Shown: piece by piece, positions 25,455 through 34,833 of the stretch
Numbering within the stretch: position 1 is the first letter of the stretch
How the letters are laid out: each line of letters starts with the position of its first letter
Assembly: GCA_013239625.1 (NCBI GenBank)
Contig: MU053376.1
Location: 210,833 to 274,832, forward strand
Length of the DNA: 64,000 bases
Source of the DNA: Lama guanicoe
Lineage: Eukaryota
Reading direction: 5' to 3'
Made by a program: the position numbers and the translations under genes
Notes under the pieces: model-generated
Database searches by the model: none
What the model saw: the letters and a program-made list of their open reading frames with translations, nothing else
Told to the model about the DNA's origin: nothing

Positions 25455-28400
25455 ACGCGCGCAGTGGGGAGGGGAGCGGAGGCGCGAACCAGCCCTGCTG
25501 CGACAAACGTCCCCAAATACTCGCTGCTCATTTACTGTGTGTCAGGCACTCGAGGCCACCACACGACTACACAGCGCATGGTCTGCATGGCACCAAGGGG
25601 CACGCTCCCTGCAGTTGGGGAACCGGGGAGCGTGGCTGCCATGCAGACAGTGTTCTAGACACAAGGACTTAGAGGTGAATGCGAGAGGGGTGGTGCCCAC
25701 ACTCAGGGAGCTTACATCCCAGCACACGAGCACACACGCACGTAATGGCCGACACCGTGGAGCGCTTGCTGCGTGTCAGGCGCTGCCCCATGTTAAAGCC
25801 TTAGCGGATTTAAGCCGCCCAACAACCCTACGAATGGGTACTGTTGTGACCTCCACTTTATAGGTAAGGAGGCTGTGACACAGAAAGGTTATGTAATTCG
25901 TCCAAGGTTACTTAAGTGGAAAGTGGTGGATGGGTCTTTAGCCCACAAAGTCTGATTTCTGAGCTAGCATTCTTACCCGCGCTCCCACCCGCAGCGCCTC
26001 TCCCCACAAGACAATCCCAGCAGCGCTGCCGGACAGGACAGCGATGGGAGGGCACAGTAGAGTGGACACTTGCTTCTTTGGCTCTGGCTCCTCTGGGTAG
26101 CTGTCTCTGAGGTTCTCCCAGCAGCTGGCTTTGTCCTCTCCTGACGAGGCCCCTCCCCTTTACAGTCCCCAAGTCTGCTCAGGAAGACACGCCCCTGCGT
26201 GGCCTCCCGGGCCTGCTGGTCCCCGGGATCAGGCTAACAATCAGGCTGTTGCATAATTCATCCTGGATCTCTGAAGGAGCCTGATGGATTAGCTAGCTGG
26301 GCCCCAGCTGTCAGGAGGAGACCAGAAAGAGCAGGGGGTAGGGGGGTGCTGTGTGGGAACTCTGAGCTACGGGCCAACTGGAAGGCCATGGCAAGACCCT
26401 CCCCACTTCCCTGGGATGGCTCTTTATTCCCAGGGGCTGGAGACCCTCTAAAACCCTCAACTAGGGTTCAGGAGAAATCTCTTAGGGGTTACAGACTCCA
26501 CTGGCCCCCTCTTTGCTCTTATTCATCACCTGTACAAGCTTCTCGGCCTGCGGCCCAGATTCCTGCGCAGACCCCAGCTTGGGACCCAGAGGAAGGGCTA
26601 AGCTGAAGGAAGAGGAGGAACGCAGGGCTGGGAACCCAGAGCTTCTTCGGGAAAGCAGAGGCTGTCATTCCCAGGAGGAGACGGGCCCCCTGCCTGGGTG
26701 GGTCCAGTGTTTAGGGGGTGTCCTGAGAGCTCTCAGTGGATAGAGACCCTCCCATCGCCGTGCCCCATGAGATCGGAGCTTTTTAAGGTTCTGTCCTCAC
26801 GCCAGGCCCGGAGTGTCTCCTCTGCAGAGGACCCCCCACCCCTTTCCTCCAGCTTCGGTCATACTCTGGCTCCAGAGTGGCCCCATGTCCCGGGGCCCAG
26901 CCTGAGCAGATTCTTCTCCCTCAATCTCAGGGTTCCCTCTGGGTAGACCCTGCACATGCAGCCCCCACCTGATCTCTCTCCCCAGGGTTCAGGTGGCAGC
27001 AACTCAGGGCACAGGGACAGCAGCGCTGTGGGGGGTCACCGGGTACAAGCTTTGTTTGCCAAAGTTAATGAGTCACTGAATTGCACCCAGGAGGCTGAAG
27101 AAATCAGGACTCTGCCTTCCCCAGGGCATGGAGGGAAAGGACACAGCCACTCCTGCTGCAAAATCATTTCACCCTCTCTCCTCCTGGTGCCCAAGTCGGT
27201 CTCCTCGTGCTGCATCAGTGTGACGGGACCATCGCTGTCACCAGCGCTCGCTAGTTCCCTCTCTGCCCTCCTTTACATATTGTTGCTGTACGTATTTTAA
27301 AAATAACTTCCTAGAGGCTGCTGTACCAGTTGTTAGATCTTTGCCCTCCTTTTTTTTTTTTTTCAGAGTGGGGAGGGTAGGGAGTGAGCACTGGGGCAGC
27401 ACAGAGGGCAGAAGCTGGGGGATATTCATTGATTCCACATTGCCTGAGCACCTACTATGTGCCATGTGCTGTTCTGGGTGCTGTGGATACAGCAGTGAAC
27501 AAAAGTGACCAGAACCTCCTGCCCGCACAGATAGGATCCTACATTCCAGTGGGACAGGAGGCTGATCAACATACAAGCTCCAATTAGCAGGTGACCTGCT
27601 AGTGGTGTCTAGACTAAACCTTCCTATTCTTCGTCCTCTTCCTCTCCTTCCCATCCCCTCCCCTGGACTTTACCATCTGTCATAAGAATGTCTTGTTCAT
27701 CCACTGCACCACCAATCAGAACCTAGAGCTCTGCCTGAATCCTAGTAAGTACTTGGTAAATATCGCTGAATGTGAAAAGGGCAAGGGAGCTTTGTCTTTA
27801 TCCCACTGTCACGCCCGCTGGTGCTGGAGACCACAGTGGGGATACCTGCCCTGGCGCCTCCCTGAAACATGCATCCGAAACAGAGCCCAGTGACAGGGCG
27901 GGATGAGAAAGGCTTTCCGCAGCCCCGGCCCGACCAGGGGCCAGCTCACCTTTGTAGTAGAAGAGGCAGCGGTCCACCAGGACGAACCAGCGCTTGTTCC
28001 ACTGCTTAACCCCGGAGCTGGCCTGCAGGACACCCGGGAGAGACAGACAGGAGGGTCTGTGAGCTGGGCGTGCAGTGGAAGGACAGCGGCCCTGTTGTAA
28101 GGACAGCCTGCCTCGGGTTGCAGCTCTGCCACTGACAAGTGGCAGCAACCCCGAGAGCCCTCAGAGGCGGGGACGACGTGGCATTACTGCCTGCGACCTT
28201 CCAGCCCTGTCATTCCGGGCCTCAGTGCCTCCCCCAGGGAAGACAAACAGGGCAGCGATGAGCCAGAAGGAGTGAGCAGAAGGGCGGGCAGGGGTAGCAG
28301 CAAGGTCAACGGGCAGAACCGCAGGGCCCCTAGACTTACAGGGGCCACCCTCATCCCTTTAGAGCAAGACTGACTGAGCCAGCACTGGCTGGTGACCTCA

Positions 28401-31400
28401 CACGTTTCAAAGTCATTGCGTCTGCCTGTCAGGAGACCTGGCTGGACTCCCAACTATGACACTAATTTCTCTGTGTGATTAGGGGAAGATACTCAACTTC
28501 TCTGAGCCTTTATAAAATCAGGAGATTTGTTCCCAGGGATACACCACTATAGGTTCGTGGGAGGACAACACAGGAAAATATACTCGGATCATTGTAACTA
28601 CAGAGGAATTACGGCGCTCTGAGGACAAAGCTGGGGGTCAAGGTGGGCAGAGTGGCAGAGGAGGCCTCACCTGCTTGGAGAGCCAGCCTGCCTTGGTGAC
28701 AGGAGCATTGGGGTTCCGCTTCATGGAGTGCGAGCGCTTGCCGAAGGCGATGGCCTTGCGGGATGTCCGGGTCGCCTGGGGCGGCAGAGAGAGAAGCCAC
28801 CTTAACTTACTCGCCTCCTTCCTGCTCCGATGTGACTGCGAGGCGACCAGCCTTGGTGGGAGCTGCATCGCTCGAGATGGGGGCCGTCAGGGGAAGAGGC
28901 CCAGGTGAGAATCTTAGATCTGTTACTGACTCAAGGGCACAGACTTTCAATCCTTTGGCTCTTTTCTTACTGCTAAGATGGGGCTCAAAATAACAGTCCC
29001 ACCTGTCTCACAGCGGTGAGGGTTTTGTTTTTTGGTTTTTTTTGTTTTTTCTTGAGGAGAAAACAAGATTTTTTTCATGTCACTCCTGTCCTATCCTTCT
29101 GCTAACCTCACCCCTTACACGCTCACAGCGCTTTCTCAGAGCTGCTCAAGTGCAAGTGCACACCGACATCATCATCCTTCAGTCCTGTTCACTCTATTTT
29201 TAAGGGGGAATTTTTTTTTTCTTTTTTACTTTTTTTTTCTGTTTGGGTCTTTTTTTCCTTTCTGAGTTATAGTCAGTTTACAATGTTGTGTCAGTTTCTG
29301 GTGTACAGCACGATTTTTCAGTCACACATGAATATACATATATTCATTTTCATACTCTTTTTCACCGTGATTACTTTTTCTAAAATAAGGTTTTTTAAAA
29401 TTAGTTCAGTTTTTCTTTTTTCTTTTTTTTTTTTTTTGCGGGAAAGGGGTTGGAGGTGATTAGGTTCATTTAATTATTTTTTAAATGGAGGCACTGGGGA
29501 TTGAATCCAGGGCCTCGCGCGTGCTAAGCGTGCCCTCTAGCACTGAGCTCTACCCTCCCCTGTCCTGTTCACTCCTGAAGGTCCAACACACCACAGAGTA
29601 GGGAGGATGCATGGGCCTTCTCGTAGCTCTTTATTGCCACAGGGACACCACCATTCCTCCCCACCTTCTGGCAACAATCTCTCTCTCTCTCGAAGCACCG
29701 CTGATCTTTCTCTGTTTAGCCCTTCTCCCCACGATCAGCTTCTGGATCGTTCTTTCAGTGTCTAAGGATCTGGATATCCATCATCCCCTTCATTCTAACT
29801 CTTGCCATCACTGTGGACAATTTTATTGTTCCACAACGAAAGAAGAGGATGACCCACCCAGTGGTCTAACTTTCAACTACCCTGATGTCCTCAACAACCA
29901 AATCCTCCACCTCCACCCTAGCAGCTCCCCAACAGCTACACCCTAGACCTGGCCAGCCCCCAAGCCCCTTCCCCACTCACATCATCGGTTTTCGTACCCC
30001 ATCTTGGGCTGTCTCCTTCCATCACTCAACCACAGCAGCTTTTCGACTCCACTGCTACTCCCAGCTCCTCGATCCTTCCCCTTTTCCTCGGGACTCATCA
30101 GCTACCTCCTGGTGTTAGTTATTTCCCTACAAAGCCTAGGCCCCCTGGCGGACTAGATTAACTGCACCCTCAAACACCCCATCCACTGACTTTCTGCCTG
30201 ATCCTCTCTGAAACCCCAAATCCCAGATTAACCAAATTATCCCCTGCCCCTGTACTCACAGCCAGACTATGGTGCTGCTGAAGAAAAATCACACCATGGT
30301 GCAGAGGAGGCCACCATGGCCCACCCCGATCCCAGCCGGACTCAGCCCCACACAGCAGCTCCAGTGCACACCCTCTCCATTCTCCCAAGCCCTGCGACAC
30401 TCCGGCCTCTGCCTGCCCGACTGTGGCCTAGATCCTCCCCGTCAAGAAAACTGAGATAATCAGACACGCACTTCCTCAATTTCATACCCGTTTACCTAGA
30501 AAATAACTGCCCTTACCATTACCCTTGTCTCTTTCCCCTCAATGTCAAAAGAAGAGGCGTCCTTCGCCTTCCCAAGGCTAACGTGTCCAGCCCGCTGTCT
30601 CCTCTGGGGCTCTGCTTCACTGATAATCTCTCTAGCCTGTCTTCATTTATTCCTCCTCCACTGGCTTCTCCTCAGCAAACGCACCCAGGTCTCTCCATCT
30701 TAAAGCACTTCTCTGCCTCTCTCTCCCTCTCCTCGCGCTCTCTGTCGCACACCCACAAACACCTGGCGGCCCCTTCACCCTACACCCGCTGTCCACCGTC
30801 AGGTAACACCTCCCTCCCTTCTCTCTCTTTCTTTTCAGAGACAGGCTACCGAGAAAAGTCCTGACTTCCTCTCCTCCCTTTATTCCTAAACCTCCTCCAC
30901 CTCTCTTCTGAAATGGTTCCTGCAACGTCACTGAACTCAGGTCACTCGGTCCCTGATTATGAACCTTTCCGTCCTTCCTGAAACCCTTCTAGTGGCTTCC
31001 ATGACAGTACTCCTTCCTGTCCATCTGTAGCCCGTCCTCCTCAGTCTCCACCTCTACTCAAAGCGCTGGTGGTCCTCAAGCTTATTCTTTTATTCCCACC
31101 ATGCACTGCGCCTGTGTAATCTCACGCATACCCCTTGCCTCAGATATTAGCCATGGGCTGCAAACTCCTAATCTATAGCTAAGACCTCTCTCCTAATCCC
31201 AGTCCATTGGGTAACCAGTTGTCCAACCAGGGTTGAATAAGCTCCAAAACCAAACTCATCCTCTTTCTAACCAAATGTGTTCTTCTGTGTTTCTCATCTG
31301 GGTGTGTGGCCCAAACCAGAACCCTGACCCACTGCCGCTGTCCCTCCTCCCCGCGACTCCTTTACACGAACATGTCTGCGGGGCCGATGAGTCCACCTTC

Positions 31401-34041
31401 TTCAGGCTTCTCAAGCCTGTTCTTTCCCCCCAGATGCCACCGCCGTTGCCTTGCAGGTCCCCTCTTCTTGCTGTCTACCCTCTGTAACAAAGTAAGGTTT
31501 TCTTTCTGAGACACAATATTAATCACATTACTCTCCTGCTTAAAATGTCTCACTACCTCTCATCACTAAGAAGAGAACTCAGATCCCCAGCACAGCACAC
31601 AAGGTCAGTTCGGTAAGATCTGGCTGGGCTGTCACCAACCTTCGGCCACTGCACCCAACAAGGCCCCACCTCTGGTCACACCAAACTCCAGTGGTTCTCC
31701 CCCATCCCCCTAGGGTTCTGCTCACCTTGCTCCCATGTCCACTATCAAATCCCAATTCATCCTATAAAGCCCAGTGCAGGTCCCCCTGCTCCACGAAACC
31801 TTCTGTTCCCCAGAGTACTCAGAGGCTCCCTCTTCTCAGTATGTTGTCGGAGTCTGAAGCTTGGCGCACCGCAACGGAGCTGTGAGTCTTCCATCTCCCT
31901 CCCTAGTCTGCATTCCTTGTAGAATCTTTGTTTTGCTCATCACTTTATCACCAGAGCCTAGCAAGGTGTTCAGCTAAAAATAAGCACTTAGTAAATACTT
32001 GTAGAAGGAAGGAAAGAAGAAATTGGGGTTTATTGCAAAATACCTCCAAAATGGGGGAATGAAATGACTTCCTGCGGTTTACTAGTTAGAAAAGTCAACA
32101 TACAATGGTGGAGATCAACTATCTGAAGAAGTCATCACCACCCAGAGAACAGGCGAGCCCCTCAACCTTCCCCTGTTCTCTCAGTCCGTCATCTGGCATG
32201 GTGTCACCTGCTCTCGGCAGCCTGCATGCTGCTCCCAGTTCACCGCGTCAGCCAGTCTCCTGCCAACCCCTCAGCACCCTCGCCTCCTCATCTTTCTGCC
32301 ACAGCTTCCCAGCAACCCTCAACCTTAGGTCAAGCCAACCACCTGCCAGGCAAAGTGCACTGCTGGAGGCAAACCACACACACCTGTGGACGGGAGCCGC
32401 TGATTCGGTCCAGGACCTCGGATGATCCTTCAATACTACCAGGCAACATTCCAAACATCCCTTGTTGATCGCTGACCCATGGACATATTCTCCACCCACC
32501 CTACTCTTCTCGGCAGAAGACCCTACCTCCTGCTTCCCTGCACAAGTTGGAAACATCAGGTCGGAATGTCTTTAACTTCCTAGAACCCCACCCCCAGCTG
32601 CGTGTAACTTCTACACGCAGCCTCAGGAAGAGGGTGCCTCCCCGCTCTGGGCTGACAGCATCTCTGGGTCTGACTCCTGTCTCCTGAGAAACATGACTCA
32701 TTGGCTGTGCCCTTTCTCCTGAAACTATCTAATGGGTCATTCCCCTCCTGCCCTGAACATCTTACAACAAAACGAACAAAGAACACCTCCCTCCATCTCA
32801 AGGATCTCCAAGCTCCCGCTCTCCACCCCATTTCCCTTGGCAGCTGAGTTTCTTTAAACATATCTTTTTGGAAATATTTCAAACATTTCAGAAAAGCAGG
32901 GACTGAATCACCATTTGTGCTGTTGTTTTTTTCCCTCTAATAAAACATGACAAACAGACCTGAACCGCCCTAGGGGCCCCTCCCCGATCTCATTACCTTT
33001 TCTTCCTCCCTAGAGGCAAGCACTGACCCAAAATCCGCATGCCTGCCGCCCAGGGAGATGCGCTCGTCCTGCAAGTTCATCTATAAAAATGCAGTCTTGC
33101 TTTTCCTGTTTGTACATTTTACATAAACGGTATCATACTTTTCATAGGCTACAACTTGCTTTTTACTCAACAATATGTTCTCAAGATTCATCTTCATTGC
33201 ACACCTAGCTCCAGTCCATTTTTGCTTTTGGAAGAGCCCTCCATCTGATGACTATACCACCATTTATTGTCCAGTTTCTTAGAAGAGCAGTTTCTACTCT
33301 TCAGCGTTCCTGCATCTGCCCTCCCATCTCCTCTTAAGCCCTCTCCAGTTTGTCTTTGTCTTCTGCCCTCCTTGCACCGCCGGAACTGCTCTTGTCAGGG
33401 TCTCCTGTTACCACGATGTTGCTAAACCCCAGGGATGCTGTCAGCCCCTATCTTCCTGGACCTCTTTGCAACATTCTTCTCTGCTTATTTCTTCCTCCCT
33501 CCTCCCTTTCTGAACTCCAAGTTGACGGGTCCTCCTTTTGCTCTTCTCCAAGATCAGAGGTTCTCAGTGCGGGTGGGGCAATTTTGTCCCACAGGGGACA
33601 TCTGACAATGTCCAGAGGGACATTTTTGGTTTCACAGGACAGGTGTCACTGGCATCTAGTGGGTAGAGGCCAGGGATGCTGCTCAACATCCTGCAGTGAG
33701 AGGCTGGTCCCACAACACAAAGAATTATCCAGCCCAAAATGCTAACAGTGCTGAGGGCCCCGGTTCAGACGCTGGTCTTCTCGAAGGTTCTGGTGTGAGC
33801 CCTCCTCCCCTCCCGCTCTCCACAACCCCTGCCTCACCTCCACCTGCTCTTCGGAGCCTGCAGAAACAGAGAGGTAGGCCAATACCCAGCCGCTTCCCAG
33901 GGTTCCTGCCCCACGGCCTGCCTTGGGGGCCAGACTCACCCGGACACTGGGCCGCTCCGGAGGGACCTCGGACACCATGTTGTGGTTGGACAGGTCACTG
34001 TTGTTGGTAGCCGGGCGTTTCCCACCTGCTTTATTGGACAT
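813..34041 (-). CDS. PLEKHA6: PLEKHA6 (pleckstrin homology domain-containing family A member 6 / PEPP3), spliced CDS span; 3' end incomplete (last coding exon left of window)
   Basis: The exons below join in phase with GT-AG ends into MSNKAGGKRPAT...PH domain ([37 protein letters not shown]...AESPEEQEAWIQAM)...coiled coil...EKRIEISCALATEASRRGRMLS. I recognise this as mammalian PLEKHA6. Confidence 0.97.
1461..1594 (-). CDS. PLEKHA6: PLEKHA6 exon LSTPDKVLIPERYIDLEPD...IKTLIAKS, 134 nt
   Basis: Acceptor ctccgcag, donor AG|gtaaca; preceded by a 77-nt intron (1595-1671). Confidence 0.95.
1672..1839 (-). CDS. PLEKHA6: PLEKHA6 exon VRRHRSIHEVDISNLE...YDVDISKE, 168 nt
   Basis: Acceptor ccccag, donor GAG|gtgagt; phase 0/0. 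Confidence 0.95.
2848..3024 (-). CDS. PLEKHA6: PLEKHA6 exon (Q)ERPKSAVFPGEGKVKMSVEEQIDRMRRHQ...PAYKV, 177 or 174 nt (NAGNAG)
   Basis: Acceptor ctgcagCAG, donor GTG|gtaacg; phase 0/0. Confidence 0.95.
3126..3457 (+). mobile_element. MLT1-type ERVL-MaLR solo LTR
   Basis: Starts TGTGATGG and contains acctgtgaatgtgacctttggaaatagggtctttgcaga...aattaagttaagg and ttctgttgctttaagtcacc, typical of MLT1. Confidence 0.8.
3732..3838 (-). CDS. PLEKHA6: PLEKHA6 exon (V)GIVPPRTKSP...TNGLSSR, 107 nt
   Basis: Acceptor tccctgcag, donor CGG|gtgagt; phase 1/0. Confidence 0.95.
4050..4179 (-). CDS. PLEKHA6: PLEKHA6 exon PKASYEPSKKDPHQTLPLD...EKQAALNK, 130 nt
   Basis: Acceptor ttcttcccag, donor G|gtacct; phase 0/1. 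Confidence 0.93.
5425..5574 (-). CDS. PLEKHA6: PLEKHA6 cassette exon EPGPPRPPLPKAYVPLESPPTVPPLPSESRLWPYPTSPSWHRGGETARGQ, 150 nt (proline-rich)
   Basis: Polypyrimidine tract and ctcag acceptor, donor CAG|gtaccc; 50 open codons, phase 0/0. PxxP-rich, as I recall in long PLEKHA5/6/7 isoforms. Confidence 0.85.
6490..6629 (-). CDS. PLEKHA6: PLEKHA6 exon (G)GLGPSATYSSNSPASPLSSASLTSPLSPFSLVSGSQGSPTKPGSSE, 140 nt
   Basis: Acceptor cttcccccaag, donor GAG|gtaagc; phase 1/0. Confidence 0.93.
7249..7360 (-). CDS. PLEKHA6: PLEKHA6 exon NEVLSRQIQKEIWRIQDVMEGLRKNNPSRGTDTAKHR, 112 nt
   Basis: Acceptor gtttcag, donor G|gtgagt; phase 0/1. Confidence 0.95.
8515..9228 (+). repeat. Direct repeat pair, about 112-117 bp each (8515-8626 and 9112-9228), flanking an exon
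   Basis: Both copies read TACCTGGGGTCTGGCCGGTCTGGGGAGG.GGACACAGAGG...GGAGAGGGCACGGGGC...GACACTCTGATGACAGCA...CTAGGAG...CAGCCCATCC. Confidence 0.9.
8926..9021 (-). CDS. PLEKHA6: PLEKHA6 exon ALANSTVEYEGLESEVSALHDELWEQLSLDLQ, 96 nt
   Basis: Acceptor ccccgcag, donor CAG|gtgaag; phase 0/0; coiled-coil-like. Confidence 0.94.
9765..9914 (-). CDS. PLEKHA6: PLEKHA6 exon ESLESALMGTHQELEMF...IRVELSQATT, 150 nt
   Basis: Acceptor gttcttcag, donor ACG|gtaccg; phase 0/0. Confidence 0.95.
10203..10283 (-). CDS. PLEKHA6: PLEKHA6 exon KLLGKLCEQNKVVREQDRLVQQLRAEK, 81 nt
   Basis: Acceptor accccag, donor AAG|gtgaga; phase 0/0. Confidence 0.95.
11570..11638 (-). CDS. PLEKHA6: PLEKHA6 exon VPPYPEVFRDSLHTYKLNEQDTD, 69 nt
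   Basis: Acceptor ttcctgcag, donor GAT|gtaaga; phase 0/0. Confidence 0.94.
12485..12565 (-). CDS. PLEKHA6: PLEKHA6 cassette exon MSESETLISMVNHMVENSSPRAQLFMQ, 81 nt
   Basis: Acceptor cttcctctgccgcag, donor CAA|gtaaga; phase 0/0. Confidence 0.85.
13935..14135. repeat. Degenerate (GT)n low-complexity tract
   Basis: Interrupted GT/GC dinucleotide run. Confidence 0.85.
15300..15470 (+). mobile_element. MIR SINE fragment
   Basis: MIR core-like ctctctgggctttagtttc...gcaaaatg...taataccaatgcctac...gtgcttagaa...tggcacagaggaagcac. Confidence 0.65.
16363..16416 (-). CDS. PLEKHA6: PLEKHA6 cassette exon DELLDLQLQRNLEYLDQQ, 54 nt
   Basis: Acceptor gggtag with a displaced polypyrimidine tract, donor CAG|gtaggc; phase 0/0. 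Confidence 0.82.
17471..17557 (-). CDS. PLEKHA6: PLEKHA6 cassette exon YDYLGDRRPVPAGLFPYNYPPSPTVHDKM, 87 nt
   Basis: Acceptor tttctcttccag, donor ATG|gtatgt; phase 0/0. Confidence 0.87.
18037..18553 (-). CDS. PLEKHA6: PLEKHA6 exon (S)PSRFYPVSRRVPEYY...MRRSISSPK, 517 nt
   Basis: Acceptor tctctcag, donor AAG|gtgagc; phase 2/0; lies inside ORF 17968-18927. Confidence 0.96.
19734..20216 (-). CDS. PLEKHA6: PLEKHA6 exon HEKPDSENIPPSK...KSSMNQLQQWVNLRRGLPPPEDLR, 483 nt
   Basis: Acceptor atcccgcag, donor AG|gtgagg; phase 2/2. Confidence 0.96.
21245..21400 (-). mobile_element. MIR SINE fragment
   Basis: tctcacagcaaccc...gaggttcaaaggtcaagaagcttacaccgaggtcacacag...gggattcgaaccca. Confidence 0.6.
21707..21849 (-). 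CDS. PLEKHA6: PLEKHA6 exon AEHAGVRTYFFSAESPEEQEAWIQAM...QAARH (PH domain C-terminal helix), 143 nt; alternative 5' start at 21909
   Basis: Acceptor ctccccacag, donor AA|gtgagt; phase 0/2. Confidence 0.95.
25285..25385 (-). CDS. PLEKHA6: PLEKHA6 exon (D)EKEESVLGSIPLLSFRVAAVQPSDNISRKHTFK (PH domain), 101 nt
   Basis: Acceptor ttttgcaacag, donor AAG|gtcagt; phase 1/0. Confidence 0.96.
25413..25453. repeat. (GT)20 microsatellite
   Basis: Perfect dinucleotide run of 41 bp. Confidence 0.97.
25760..25970 (-). mobile_element. MIR SINE
   Basis: caacaaccctacg...ccactttataggtaaggaggctgtgacacagaaaggttatgtaattcgtccaaggtta. Confidence 0.7.
27425..27555 (-). mobile_element. L2 LINE 3' end fragment
   Basis: cattgcctgagcacctactatgtgcca...gttctgggtgctgtggatacagcagtgaacaaaa. 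Confidence 0.75.
27950..28022 (-). CDS. PLEKHA6: PLEKHA6 exon [24 protein letters not shown] (PH domain), 73 nt
   Basis: Acceptor gtcctgcag, donor G|gtgagc; phase 0/1; WxKRWFVL PH signature. Confidence 0.96.
28671..28775 (-). CDS. PLEKHA6: PLEKHA6 exon [35 protein letters not shown], 105 nt
   Basis: Acceptor gccccag, donor CAG|gtgagg; phase 0/0. Confidence 0.96.
29195..29561 (-). mobile_element. tRNA-derived SINE (camelid Vic-1-like) with a nested L1 3'-end fragment (about 29235-29370)
   Basis: Minus-strand head GGGGAGGGTAGAGCTCAGTGCTAGAGGGCACGCTTAGCACGCGCGAGGCCCTGGATTCAATCCCCAG; 13-bp TSD GTCCTGTTCACTC at 29182-94 and 29562-74. Confidence 0.85.
29600..32010 (+). mobile_element. Long decayed L2 LINE region (boundaries approximate)
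   Basis: CT-rich L2-like body ending in the L2 3' motif ttgctcatcactttatcaccagagcctagca...aagcacttagtaaatacttgt. Confidence 0.55.
32860..33290 (-). mobile_element. Ancient L1 (L1ME-like) 3' fragment
   Basis: tttttggaaatatttcaaacattt...ataaacggtatcatact...ttttactcaacaatatgttctcaagattcatc. Confidence 0.55.
33555..33756 (+). mobile_element. MER20 (hAT-Charlie DNA transposon)
   Basis: cagaggttctca...aggggacatctgacaatgtc...ctggcatctagtgggtagaggccagggatgctgct...aagaattatccagcccaaaatg matches the MER20 consensus as I recall it. Confidence 0.85.
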
Positions 34042-34054
34042 GTCCAAGGCCGAT
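33940..34054 (-). CDS. PLEKHA6: PLEKHA6 exon carrying the canonical ATG (34041): MSNKAGGKRPATNNSDLSNHNMVSEVPPERPSVR, plus 13 upstream nt that stay in frame
   Basis: Acceptor gaatcag at 34055-56, donor CGG|gtgagt. Confidence 0.94.
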
Positions 34055-34752
34055 CTGATTCCAAGTTGACCAGACAAGAAAGAGACTAGTGAGAACCAAG
34101 AAACAATGGAAGCCACCCAGCCCTTTTGCCAACCCTGCCACTCACTGCCCCAGCATCAGCACAACATTAGGTCCCCTAAGTGCTTCTCAGGGCTCATCCC
34201 AGCTTCTGCCACTGCTCCTCTGAGATTATATGCCAGTAACCCTGGACAATCTCCTTTTTCTTTCCCACAAATTTATTTTAAAAACCTAGAGTCTAGGACT
34301 CTGGAACTCTGTTTCTTTTTAATTTAAAAGACCCAGTGGCCCAGTGGACTATGAGAAACATTAAATTATTTTTTTCCCTCTCATTTACTGAGGTCCACAG
34401 TGAGGAGAATTAGCATTGGGTCCTTGATTATATCCCATCCCCACACTACTGCCCTCAGAGGCCCCTGGGTGATGGGTATGCCAACCTTAGGTCTGCTCCA
34501 CTTGTTTAACTCAGCCCATGGGATGCACTGACCTGAGCTCTGCAAGATTCCAGGAAAAGTGAATGAGGGTTCAAGGCAGATGGGTCTCAGAAGTTTCTAG
34601 TCCTCAGAACTGCGGTGAGCGATCCTAAATCCCTCCCGCTCTCCTTTCTGTCCCCACCTCCCCGTGCCTCCCTCTTCCCAGCTGCACAGCAGCAGCAGGG
34701 TGATGGTGGTTAAGGAGGAAAAGGCGAAGCAGCAAGTCGGGGGCAAACGTAC

Positions 34753-34833
34753 GTTTTCAAGTCAAATTTTTTGTTTTCTTCTGGGACCTGGCCAGTCAAT
34801 GGGTGTAGAAATGTGTTCCGTCTTTCATTATGG
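34753..34833 (-). CDS. PLEKHA6: PLEKHA6 upstream exon HNERRNTFLHPLTGQVPEENKKFDLK(T), C-terminal half of a WW domain, 81 nt
   Basis: Strong acceptor ctttctttttttgcctctacag, donor AC|gtacgt; phase 2/2 and in frame with the ATG exon. HNxxxxT-x-x-HP resembles the second WW domain of PLEKHA5/7. Not in the ORF track. Confidence 0.88.
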
